The position numbers were made by a program, and so were the translations under genes. Of a DNA stretch of 64,000 nucleotides, positions 37,242 through 45,901 are shown one piece after another (the first letter of the stretch is position 1; each line of letters opens with the position of its first letter). The notes under the pieces were generated by a model. The model saw only the letters and a list, made by a program, of their open reading frames with translations, ran no database searches and was not told where the DNA came from. The stretch is taken from NCBI GenBank assembly GCA_022711335.1, contig JAKLFF010000002.1, positions 82,988-146,987 of the forward strand, written 5' to 3'. The stretch comes from Patescibacteria group bacterium (lineage in GTDB: Bacteria > Patescibacteriota > Minisyncoccia > Moranbacterales > UBA2206).

Positions 37242-38228
37242 CTAGTTTCCACAACTAGCATCTGAATTAGAACCAGCTACAGTCCCTTCTCCGAATCCCG
37301 GAGAAGGAGAGGCGCTCGACAGCTCTTTTCCGCACTCGACCGGAGGATTATTGAACGCTCCACAAATAGTTTTCAAGATTGAAGCTGAATCGCGTCCAGC
37401 TGAAGCCGCCTGGCCGTTGACCACTAGGGTTGGAGAACCCTGCACTCCATATTTTTGAACATCTGTTTTATCCACATCAAAAGGAGGATAAGTTCCGTTG
37501 CTCCACTTGCTTTTATCGTTATAGCTTTCAGTAATTTTAAGCTGGGTGTCTGTCGCAGAAATACAACTTACAACCTGCGCGGCATTGACTCCCGCTGAAG
37601 TCATACAATCATTTTCTGTTCCTTGTCCTTTTTTGAGAAAACAAGTGAGATAGCTTGCCAATTTTGCCGGTTGATTTTTCTGGATGCAGTACTGGCGCAA
37701 ATTTTCATCAAGCTCTTTCTTGTCATGCATCGCATAATCGACAAATTTCAAAGTAAACTTAATTTTGTTTCCAAGAGTTTCCAAAACCGGCAAAATTCCT
37801 TTTTCTGCCTGCGTTCCATAAGGGCAATAACTCATTACAAACAAATTGACTTCCGGAACATCAGTTTTAGGAACAGCAGCATTCTTCGCCTCCTCTTTCT
37901 TGCCGCTTTCAGCTGCTTGTTTTTCTACTTCAGACATATCCATCGCCTGCGGAAAAAACTTGCTTCCGTCTTTAGTTATATAAGTATCCACGCTCTGTCC
38001 GCCAACTTTGAAAGAAACTTTATAAAGTCCGTTCTCAAGTGATGTGTCAGTCACGTCAACTTTTGTTCCCGGTTGAACCAAATTTTTTTCCACAAATTCC
38101 GTTACTTTGGTTTTGGCTCCTTCAAGACCAATGTCAGTTTGCCTTTTTGGTCCGAATTTTACATACCAGATTCCAGCCGCCAAAACACCGACTACCAATA
38201 TTAAAGCGGCAATATTGTTTTTATTCAT
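37242..38228 (-). CDS. Secreted DsbA-like thioredoxin-fold protein with a degenerate CPYG active-site motif
   Basis: Has an N-terminal signal or TM segment MNKNNIAALILVVGVLAAGIW, then ...FVMSYCPYGTQAE... and GSPTLVVNGQ, which resembles the DsbA cis-Pro loop. The single Cys in the motif is unusual. Confidence 0.5.
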   Translation of the reverse strand: MNKNNIAALILVVGVLAAGIWYVKFGPKRQTDIGLEGAKTKVTEFVEKNLVQPGTKVDVTDTSLENGLYKVSFKVGGQSVDTYITKDGSKFFPQAMDMSEVEKQAAESGKKEEAKNAAVPKTDVPEVNLFVMSYCPYGTQAEKGILPVLETLGNKIKFTLKFVDYAMHDKKELDENLRQYCIQKNQPAKLASYLTCFLKKGQGTENDCMTSAGVNAAQVVSCISATDTQLKITESYNDKSKWSNGTYPPFDVDKTDVQKYGVQGSPTLVVNGQAASAGRDSASILKTICGAFNNPPVECGKELSSASPSPGFGEGTVAGSNSDASCGN

Positions 38229-38235
38229 CTTTTGC

Positions 38236-38282
38236 TTGAGCGCATTCGAGTCATTCGAGTGTCCATTCGAATCATTCGAGTC
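38236..38282. repeat. Tandem repeat of about 9 bp (TCATTCGAG), roughly 5 units
   Basis: gcattcgagtcattcgagtgtccattcgaatcattcgagtcgcg. Confidence 0.7.
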
Positions 38283-38419
38283 GCGTTAAAGAAAGTTACT
38301 TGCTTATTTTAGCTTAATAAAAAAATTAAGGCAAGAAAAAAGGGAGCTTGCCGCTATATAAGCCGGCAGCTCCCCAAAGTTGGCGCAGACCAAGCGCATT
38401 CTGGTCTCCTTTAGAAAAT

Positions 38420-38749
38420 TTAGGAAAAATCGATTGAGATTTGACCCTGGCCATAATCAACGTATTTCTCCTGCCTAGCATATCCAGCAGGAAGTTGATT
38501 GAGTTCCGGACCCAGTTCCATAGGAGGTTCGGGTTTCAGGCAAATTTCTCTATATCTGCAATTTGTCTGGTCGCAAAAGCCAGACGCTTTTGCAAAACAA
38601 TCGAAATTGCCTTCGGCCAGTTGCTGTTTTCTGTATGTTCTTGCCAGAGCCTCTTTTGTGCATCGCACGCAGAGACCATGAGAATATCCCTCTACTTCAG
38701 GGTTACCCTCTCCCCATACTCTCCTGCAATTGAAGCACTGATATTTCAT
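38420..38749 (-). CDS. Cys-rich small protein (zinc-ribbon-like), locally GC-rich
   Basis: 109 aa with CFNC...CVRC and then CFAKASGFCDQTNCRYREIC. The coding GC content is visibly higher than in neighbouring genes. Confidence 0.4.
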   Translation of the reverse strand: MKYQCFNCRRVWGEGNPEVEGYSHGLCVRCTKEALARTYRKQQLAEGNFDCFAKASGFCDQTNCRYREICLKPEPPMELGPELNQLPAGYARQEKYVDYGQGQISIDFS

Positions 38750-38786
38750 CCCATCCTCCCTCTGGCTTAGCCAGAATTAAGGTTTA

Positions 38787-38858
38787 AACCAAACCAACAA
38801 GCCTAATTTGATTATTTTTATAATCCTCTTAAGCCTGTTGGTTTGGCTTATTTGTGCG
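38787..38858 (-). promoter_or_regulatory. Long stem-loop (about 17 bp stem) in the 5' region of the Cys-rich gene
   Basis: aaaccaaaccaacaagcc ... ggcttgttggtttggctt. Confidence 0.4.
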
Positions 38859-38960
38859 CCAAGCTATGAAAGAACTATTAAACTATTGAAACTTCTGATT
38901 ATACACCAAAACCGTCAAAAAGTCAATCGTTAATTATCTACAATTCGCCTGCCTGCCGGT

Positions 38961-39005
38961 AGGTAGGTATATTCGTAAAGATTCGTAATTCGTAGAGAAC
39001 AACAA
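38961..39005. repeat. Direct repeat 2 of AGATTCGTAATTCGTAGAGAA..., preceded by a GC palindrome cctgcctgccggtaggtagg
   Basis: cgcctgcctgccggtaggtaggtatattcgtaaagattcgtaattcgtagagaacaacaaaaaaaca. Confidence 0.6.
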
Positions 39006-39227
39006 AAAAACACGCCTAAAGCGTGCTCAACCTGCGATCCTAAAAACAATATGTAACTTGTAATAATTAGAATACAGCATATTATTGGGTCTATTGGGTT
39101 TTATATTTATTTTTGAACCCATTGCTGATTTCAAGATATTTTCAAGATTTTAAGGAATAGCTGACGTGCCTTTATTATATACTTGGCTTATTTAAACGCA
39201 AGCCGAGTTATGCACACCCCGCCATTT

Positions 39228-39279
39228 CCCCTTCTCCCTCCGGGAGAAGGTGGTCCGCCTAGGCGGACCGGATGAGGGA
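39228..39279. repeat. Hairpin element G, copy 2, immediately downstream of the uvrB stop
   Basis: ccccttctccctccgggagaaggtggtccgcctaggcggaccggatgaggga contains the 18-bp perfect palindrome GGTCCGCCTAGGCGGACC. Confidence 0.65.
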
Positions 39280-39284
39280 AAAAT

Positions 39285-41408
39285 TTATTTTATTTGCAAC
39301 TTCCTCAGCTCCCCTATTTCATCCCGAATTATCGCCGCTTTTTCAAATTCCAGATTTCTGACTGCGTCTTTCATTTCTTTTTCCTTCTGTTTCACATATC
39401 CCGCAATATCTTCCAATGATTCCAGCTCCGAAAAATCCCGGATCACCTGCGGATTGATTTCATGATCTACAATAGACTGGATTTTCTTTTTGATGGTCTT
39501 GGGAGTAATATGATTCTTTCTATTATATTCCATCTGCAGCTTTCTTCTTCTTTCAGTTTCCGCAATCGCCCGCTTCATAGAACCGGTAATTTCATCGGCG
39601 TATAAAATTACTTTCCCGCTGACATTTCGAGCTGCCCGCCCGATGGTTTGAATAAGTGATGTTTCGCTTCGTAAAAATCCTTCCTTATCAGCATCAAGTA
39701 TGGCAACTAGCGACACTTCCGGAAGATCCAGTCCTTCGCGAAGCAGATTCACTCCGACCAAAACATCAAACTCTCCTCGCCGCAATTTTTCTAATATTCT
39801 AATCCGATCTAGCGTGTCCACCCCGCTGTGCAGATATTCCGCCTTGATTTTCGACTCTTTTAAGAAATCAGAAAGGTCTTCAGCCATTTTTTTAGTGAGC
39901 GTGGTTATCAGCACTCTTTCTTTCTTTTTCATTACTTCCTTAATTTCTTCCGTCACGTCCTTTACTTGTCCACGAGTCGGCTTGATTTCCAGTTCCGGAT
40001 CAATGAGTCCTGTAGGACGAATAATCTGTTCGACTACATTATTCCCCTTCTCCCTCCGGGAGAAGGTGGCCCGCTTAGCGAGACGGATGAGGGAGGAGTT
40101 CTGTGTTTTATCCCTCTCCTTCCCTTCGGGCATCCTCTCCCTAAGGGAGAGGAGGATTTTTTTAGATTTTTCCAATTCATACTTCCCGGGAGTCGCCGAT
40201 GTAAAAACTACTTGATTTATCTTCTGCTCAAATTCACTAAATTTGAGGGGACGATTGTCATAAGCTGAAGGAAGCCTAAAGCCATTGTCTATAAGAGCTG
40301 TTTTCCGAGCATGATCTCCATTATACATTCCATTTAACTGCGGAATAGTTACATGCGACTCATCTATTACTATTAGAAAGTCCTCCGAAAAATAGTCGAT
40401 AAGAGCATACGGCGGTTCGCCTTTTTTTCTGTCAGTTAAATATAAAGAGTAATTTTCAATTCCATTACAATATCCGATTTCGCGCATCATCTCCAGATCT
40501 TGCCTGGTTCTTCTAGAAAGTCTCTCGGCTTCCAAAATTTTATTGTTATCCTGCAAATATTTGAGCTGTTCTTCCAATTCATTCTCTATTTTCTTAAGCG
40601 CTTCTTCCATCACCGGTTCCGGCACCACGAAATGCTTGGCCGGATAAATCAAAGTTTTTTCCAGCTTTCCCAGCTCTTCGCCTGTCAGAAAATCATACTC
40701 TTGGATTTTAATAATCCTATCTCCTTCAATATTTATTCTAGTCACCACTTCTCTGCCTGGAGTCATAATTTCTAAAGTGTTTCCAGTGAAACGGAATTTT
40801 CCGCGGCTTAATAAATCGCTCCGGTTGTATTGCATGTCAATCAATCTTTTTATCGTCTTTTCACGATCAAATCCTAAGGCGAGGCCTTTGGATTCCAAAG
40901 GCCTCGCCTTAGGATTGACTTTTAATTCCAGCGCGATATCCCGATAATATTCCGGCGATCCCAAGCCATAGATGCAAGAAACTGAAGCGCAGATGATTAC
41001 ATCCCGGCGCGAAAGTAATGCCGCCGTGGAAGCATGGCGCAACCGGTCAATTTCTTCATTAATCTGGGCTTCTTTTTCAATGTAAGTATCAGTTGAAGCA
41101 ATGTAGGCTTCCGGCTGATAATAGTCATAATAAGAAACAAAATACTCCACGGCGTTTTTTGGGAAAAAAGTGCGAAACTCCTGAGCCAGCTGCGCCGCGA
41201 GAGTCTTGTTGGGTGCGATTACCAAAGTCGGTTTTTGCACCTTTTCAATCACATTGGCAATGGTAAAAGTCTTTCCTGACCCTGTCACGCCCAAAAGCGT
41301 CTGAAATTTCTGTCCGGACCGAAGACCTTCCGCCAGTTTTAAAATAGCCTGCGGTTGGTCGCCTTCAGGCTTAAATTTTGAATTTATTTTAAATTTATTA
41401 ACATTCAT
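39285..41408 (-). CDS. uvrB: Excinuclease ABC subunit B (UvrB) with an in-frame insert of about 40 aa
   Basis: Has Walker [11 protein letters not shown], helicase motifs, the UvrB beta-hairpin region and the C-terminal UVR domain. The insert [42 protein letters not shown] lies between SATPG...ELE and [10 protein letters not shown]. Confidence 0.9.
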   Translation of the reverse strand: MNVNKFKINSKFKPEGDQPQAILKLAEGLRSGQKFQTLLGVTGSGKTFTIANVIEKVQKPTLVIAPNKTLAAQLAQEFRTFFPKNAVEYFVSYYDYYQPEAYIASTDTYIEKEAQINEEIDRLRHASTAALLSRRDVIICASVSCIYGLGSPEYYRDIALELKVNPKARPLESKGLALGFDREKTIKRLIDMQYNRSDLLSRGKFRFTGNTLEIMTPGREVVTRINIEGDRIIKIQEYDFLTGEELGKLEKTLIYPAKHFVVPEPVMEEALKKIENELEEQLKYLQDNNKILEAERLSRRTRQDLEMMREIGYCNGIENYSLYLTDRKKGEPPYALIDYFSEDFLIVIDESHVTIPQLNGMYNGDHARKTALIDNGFRLPSAYDNRPLKFSEFEQKINQVVFTSATPGKYELEKSKKILLSLRERMPEGKERDKTQNSSLIRLAKRATFSRREKGNNVVEQIIRPTGLIDPELEIKPTRGQVKDVTEEIKEVMKKKERVLITTLTKKMAEDLSDFLKESKIKAEYLHSGVDTLDRIRILEKLRRGEFDVLVGVNLLREGLDLPEVSLVAILDADKEGFLRSETSLIQTIGRAARNVSGKVILYADEITGSMKRAIAETERRRKLQMEYNRKNHITPKTIKKKIQSIVDHEINPQVIRDFSELESLEDIAGYVKQKEKEMKDAVRNLEFEKAAIIRDEIGELRKLQIK
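40044..40156. repeat. Hairpin element G, copy 1 (about 113 bp), in-frame inside uvrB
   Basis: ccccttctccctccgggagaaggtggcccgcttagcgagacggatgagggaggag...cctctccctaagggagaggagg shares about 50 nt with 39228-39279. Confidence 0.7.
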
Positions 41409-41419
41409 AACACGGATTT

Positions 41420-42460
41420 TTATAAATACTTGTCTAGCTTTTTAATCTTCATCTCCTTCACAAGCTCTGAAATCCGCACCACATTGTCTTTATGCACCAC
41501 TACAATCGCATCTTCGGTGTTGACTACCACCATGCCCTTAAGATCAACAGTGGCCACCACTTTTTTATTTTCCAGATTATAAATCAAACTATCTGTTGTT
41601 CCTAGATTATATACATTTCCTTTGGTCACATTTCCTTCGCTGGATTCTTCAAGGGCTTCCTTGAGCGCATAAAGCGTTCCCGGATCGCTCCAGCCCATAT
41701 TGGTTTTAAGAATAACCGCGTTTTTGAGATCTACTTTTTCAATAATCGCATTGTCAAAAGAAAGTTTGGGGCACTTATCATATCTTCCGGCCGTTACACA
41801 GTTCCAAATTTCCGGTGCCAGTTTTTTGTAACAACTTGTAATAAATTCCAAAGAAGTAATAAAATAACCGGGATTCCAGAAATAGTCACCTGATTTGAAC
41901 ATTTTGTCACAAAGCGCTTTTTTTGGCTTATATTTCCAGCCTTTGAATTTGAAATATTCCTGTTTATTTATTTCCCCGGCTTTTTCCCCGACATGAATCC
42001 AGCCCAGGTTGTTATTGGCAAACCGGGGACGTTCGGCCATGAAAATAAACAGACGAGAATCTTTTTCAATCAGTTTTTTTCCCATTTTAAGTCCATCTCG
42101 AAATTCACTAACACGATCCATTAAATGGTCCGCCCAGACAATCGCCACTGGGCCAGAGTATTTCATTTTGTTCAACTTATTCACTGCAAAACAGACTGCC
42201 GGGCCAACATCCCGCCGGGCCGGTTCTATAAAAATATTTTTTGGGAGAAGTTTCGGCAACTGCTTCTGGATAATTTTCTGATATAATTTCGTAGTCTGGA
42301 TGTATATATTTTCAGATCCGAAGGCTGGTGCCACCCGGTCCCAAGCCAACTGGATTGTAGATTTTCCGTTAAATATCTGGTCAAATTGCTTGGGCGAATT
42401 TTCCCTTGATAATGGCCACATCCTGGTTCCGATTCCGCCTGCAAATATAACTACTTTCAT
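41420..42460 (-). CDS. Mannose-1-phosphate guanylyltransferase (GDP-mannose pyrophosphorylase)-like nucleotidyltransferase
   Basis: Has the N-terminal [23 protein letters not shown] nucleotidyl-transferase signature and a C-terminal left-handed beta-helix-like region. Confidence 0.75.
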   Translation of the reverse strand: MKVVIFAGGIGTRMWPLSRENSPKQFDQIFNGKSTIQLAWDRVAPAFGSENIYIQTTKLYQKIIQKQLPKLLPKNIFIEPARRDVGPAVCFAVNKLNKMKYSGPVAIVWADHLMDRVSEFRDGLKMGKKLIEKDSRLFIFMAERPRFANNNLGWIHVGEKAGEINKQEYFKFKGWKYKPKKALCDKMFKSGDYFWNPGYFITSLEFITSCYKKLAPEIWNCVTAGRYDKCPKLSFDNAIIEKVDLKNAVILKTNMGWSDPGTLYALKEALEESSEGNVTKGNVYNLGTTDSLIYNLENKKVVATVDLKGMVVVNTEDAIVVVHKDNVVRISELVKEMKIKKLDKYL

Positions 42461-42643
42461 AAATTTGAATTAATTATTATTTTCCCATATAATTTAACCA
42501 TATGGGAATAAAAAAGACAAAAGCCGAAATAAGAGAAACGAAAAAGAAAATTAAAATGAAAGTTTCCGGCAAAAGCGTTTTAAAAATAAAAAATATCATT
42601 GATAGCAAAAGCAGCAAAAAATAACCTATTTGAGAGCATGCAA

Positions 42644-42672
42644 TTGACTTTTTATCTTTTTTTTGCTATCAT
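42644..42672 (+). promoter_or_regulatory. Sigma70-like promoter TTGACT-17-TATCAT upstream of secG
   Basis: TTGACT at 42644-42649 and TATCAT at 42667-42672. Confidence 0.4.
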
Positions 42673-42699
42673 GCCTTGAGTTGGAAAAATCTTTTATTT

Positions 42700-42918
42700 A
42701 TGCTAAAAATAATAACTATTGCTGAAATAATAACGGCAATCCTGCTAACCGCTTCCATTCTGCTTCAAAACCGCGGTGCCGGACTTTCTGGGGCTTTTGG
42801 AGGAAATTTTGGCGGATACTATACCAAGAGAGGGATGGAAAAATTCCTGTTTTTTCTTTCAACCTTCCTCTCTTCTCTTTTCATAATTCTAGCCATAGCC
42901 AGTGTCGCTGTTTCTTAG
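42700..42918 (+). CDS. secG: Preprotein translocase subunit SecG
   Basis: ILLQNRGAGLSGAFGGNFGG matches the SecG signature. The protein has two TM helices and the start was chosen at MLKIITIAEII. Confidence 0.7.
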   Translation: MLKIITIAEIITAILLTASILLQNRGAGLSGAFGGNFGGYYTKRGMEKFLFFLSTFLSSLFIILAIASVAVS

Positions 42919-43012
42919 ATAAAATCTTAATAATCAGTAGCGAAAATTTATTAGCGATCAAGATTCTAAAAAGTGGCCGAGGCTAAGCCAATGGCCAAAA
43001 ATAAACAGGATA

Positions 43013-44659
43013 TTGTCTATAAAGGAAAAGTTTGTTTTTTATTTCCTGGTTTTTATTTTTGTTTCTTCTGCCATAGCCTGGGCTTCTATTTTTTATTTTT
43101 CAAAAACCCAGGTTATTCCGAAATATGGAGGCGAATATATCGAAGGAATTGTGGGTCAGCCGACTTACATAAACCCGCTTCTTTCCCAATCTAATGATGT
43201 TGACGGAGATATTTCTCAAATCATCTATAATGGGATTATGAAATATGACGGCCAAGGAGAGGTAATTTCAGATTTAGCTGAAAGCTATGAAATTTCTGAA
43301 GATAAAACCCGCTATACTTTTCACCTGAAACAAAATGTCCTGTGGCACGACGGAGTTCCTTTCAGCGGCCAGGATGTTATCTTCACCATAAACACTCTGT
43401 CTGATCCCTCGTTTAAAAGCCCCTTGAGATCCAACTGGCAGGGAATCCAAACGACTCTTGTCGACGATTACACGCTAGAGTTCAAAATTGAATCCCCTTA
43501 CGCCGGATTCCTTAATAATCTGACTTTCGGAATATTGCCCAAGCATATTTGGGAATCGGTCCAACCGGAGAATTTCCATTTGGCTAAAATGAATTTAGAG
43601 CCTATCGGAACAGGGCCATATAAATTTCTTGCGCCTGTCCAAAAAGATTCTAAGGGAAACGTTTTGTCATACAAGTTGATTGCCAATCCTAATTATTTCG
43701 AAGGAAAGCCGTACATTTCAAAAATTACTTTCAATTTTTATTCCGATGAAGATTCAGTTCTCCAAGCCTATAACCGCAAGGAGGTAATGGGGATATCCAA
43801 TCTTTCTTCGCAAAAAATTTCGGAAATAAAAAATACCCAGAGCACAGATGTCCGCAAATTCAACATCCCTAGATATTTTTCCGTTTTTTTCAATCAAACT
43901 AAAAGCGTTCCTCTGGCCAATGATGAAGTGCGTGAAGCTTTGTCCTATGCGACAAACCGGGATGAAATAATCGAAAAAGTCCTTTTCGGAAATGGCAGTC
44001 CGGCTTATTCCCCTTTTCTTCCTGGAATGCTCGGCTATTTGGAAAACTCCGATAAAAAAGAATTCAACCTGGATAAAGCCAATGAGATTTTAGAAAAAAA
44101 AGATTGGAAAAGGGGCGATGACGGGATACGAACAAAAAATAACATCCCGCTAAAAGTAAGCCTGGTCACTACCGATTGGGACGAGCTTAACAAAACGGCT
44201 CAAATTCTGAAAGCGCAGTGGGAAAAAGCGGGAGCGCAAATTGATATCAATACCTATTCGATATCAGACATCCAGCAAAATTATATCCGCCCGCGGGAAT
44301 ATGAGGCTCTTCTTTTCGGACAAGTTTCCGGAGGCGATCCTGATCCATATTCTTTCTGGCACTCAACTCAGAAAAAAGATCCCGGGCTCAATCTTTCCCT
44401 TTTCGGAACCAGCGACACCGACAAACTCATCGAGAATGGCAGGGTTGAATTTGAAAAAAATAAAAGAGCTTCGCTTTATGAAGAATTTCAGAAAAAGCTC
44501 AATGAGGAAGTCCCGGCTGTTTTTCTTTATACGCCAAGCTACATCTATCCGCTTAACAAAAGTTTGAAAGGCATTAATATCGAAACCCTAATTGCTCCCT
44601 CGGAACGATTTTTTGACATTAGCCGCTGGTATATCAAAACTAAAAGGATTTGGAAATAA
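43013..44659 (+). CDS. ABC transporter substrate-binding protein, family 5 (peptide/nickel type)
   Basis: 548 aa with an N-terminal signal or TM and the SBP_bac_5 layout (..ESYEISEDKTRYTFHLKQNVLWHDG.., ..ILPKHIWESV..). Confidence 0.78.
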   Translation: MSIKEKFVFYFLVFIFVSSAIAWASIFYFSKTQVIPKYGGEYIEGIVGQPTYINPLLSQSNDVDGDISQIIYNGIMKYDGQGEVISDLAESYEISEDKTRYTFHLKQNVLWHDGVPFSGQDVIFTINTLSDPSFKSPLRSNWQGIQTTLVDDYTLEFKIESPYAGFLNNLTFGILPKHIWESVQPENFHLAKMNLEPIGTGPYKFLAPVQKDSKGNVLSYKLIANPNYFEGKPYISKITFNFYSDEDSVLQAYNRKEVMGISNLSSQKISEIKNTQSTDVRKFNIPRYFSVFFNQTKSVPLANDEVREALSYATNRDEIIEKVLFGNGSPAYSPFLPGMLGYLENSDKKEFNLDKANEILEKKDWKRGDDGIRTKNNIPLKVSLVTTDWDELNKTAQILKAQWEKAGAQIDINTYSISDIQQNYIRPREYEALLFGQVSGGDPDPYSFWHSTQKKDPGLNLSLFGTSDTDKLIENGRVEFEKNKRASLYEEFQKKLNEEVPAVFLYTPSYIYPLNKSLKGINIETLIAPSERFFDISRWYIKTKRIWK

Positions 44660-44675
44660 TAACTTTAATAAAAAA

Positions 44676-45698
44676 ATGAACAACCAACAAAACATTGACA
44701 AGGAAAATCTGCGTCAAGTCATTATTGATTCCCCGCTTCAATTTAAAAAAGGATTAGAAATTGCAAAAAACATAAAAGCCGATGGGAATTTTAGATTTTT
44801 AGAAATTTCCGGCATGGGAGGCTCGTCCTTGCCAGCCAATATCTTGAGGATATATATCAGTTCCATAACTAAAAATATTCCTAAAGACCAAAAAAAAATA
44901 AGTATCTTTCAAAATAGATTTTATTCTCTGCCGCATGAGGCTTATCAGAATTGCCTTAATTTTTTTGCATCATATTCAGGAAATACCGAAGAAACCATCG
45001 AGTCGCTTATGACAGCCGTGGAACACAAGCTGCCCAGCATAGGCTTTGCCACCGGAGGAAAACTTCTTTCTATCTGCAGAGAAAACAACATTCCCTGCGT
45101 TCTTCTGCCTTCAGGAATTCAACCGCGATTCGCTACCGGATATTTTTTCGCTTCTATGTATCAGGTATTGGTAAATTCGGGGCTTTTGGAGGACCATGCA
45201 CACCAGATATTGAAGCTAGCCGACAAGCTGAAAGATAACGCGCTCCATCTTGAAGAAAAAGGGAAAATGCTAGCCAAAAAATTAGTAGGCAAAACTCCAA
45301 TCATATATTCATCAACAAATTTCAAATCACTGGCTATGATTTGGAAAATAAAAATAAACGAGAATGCCAAAACTCCCGCTTTTTGGAATTTTTTCCCAGA
45401 ACTAAACCATAATGAAATGGTCGGATATACTCTTCCTCAAGAAAAATTTCATATTCTAACCCTCTTGGATAAGAATGATCATCCTCAAAATATCAAAAGA
45501 ATGAGAGTAACCGCCAAGCTTCTCGAAGAAAAAGGGATTAAAACAGACATAATCGAAATGGCCGATGATGATGTTTTTAACACAATTTTTGATACTCTGC
45601 TTTTGGGAGACTGGGTCGCTTACTATCTGGCGCTGGAATATGGCCAGGATCCAACGCCGGTAGATATGGTAGAGGACCTAAAAAAATTACTGGTGTAA
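44676..45698 (+). CDS. SIS-domain bifunctional phosphoglucose/phosphomannose isomerase-like protein
   Basis: EISGMGGSSL is a SIS phosphosugar-binding motif, and the C-terminal region resembles archaeal-type PGI/PMI. The start was chosen at MNNQQNID, after the stop of the upstream gene. Confidence 0.65.
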   Translation: MNNQQNIDKENLRQVIIDSPLQFKKGLEIAKNIKADGNFRFLEISGMGGSSLPANILRIYISSITKNIPKDQKKISIFQNRFYSLPHEAYQNCLNFFASYSGNTEETIESLMTAVEHKLPSIGFATGGKLLSICRENNIPCVLLPSGIQPRFATGYFFASMYQVLVNSGLLEDHAHQILKLADKLKDNALHLEEKGKMLAKKLVGKTPIIYSSTNFKSLAMIWKIKINENAKTPAFWNFFPELNHNEMVGYTLPQEKFHILTLLDKNDHPQNIKRMRVTAKLLEEKGIKTDIIEMADDDVFNTIFDTLLLGDWVAYYLALEYGQDPTPVDMVEDLKKLLV

Positions 45699-45780
45699 TC
45701 TTTCAAACTTCAAAAATAAAAATGACAGTGTAAAATTTAAAAAGAATTGAGACATTTTTCATTTTGATTTGTCATTTTTC

Positions 45781-45803
45781 ATTTTCCTGCCTACCGGTAG
45801 GCA
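45781..45803. repeat. Degenerate copy of the GC palindrome family (cctgcctaccggtaggcatgg)
   Basis: Related to the palindromes at 3166-3193, 37033-37050 and 38944-38965. Confidence 0.5.
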
Positions 45804-45901
45804 TGGGATATTTATATTTTAATATAATATTATTTTTAATTAACTTTTTTAATTTTTAACCAACCTGCTTATAATCAATAAGCATCTTGCTTGATAAATT
45901 T

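Noticed and set aside
39250-40775. Plus-strand ORFs (39250-39465, 39700-40215, 39966-40268, 40500-40775)
   Set aside because: They are antisense to uvrB. The one at 39966-40268 is a translation of the hairpin repeat element.
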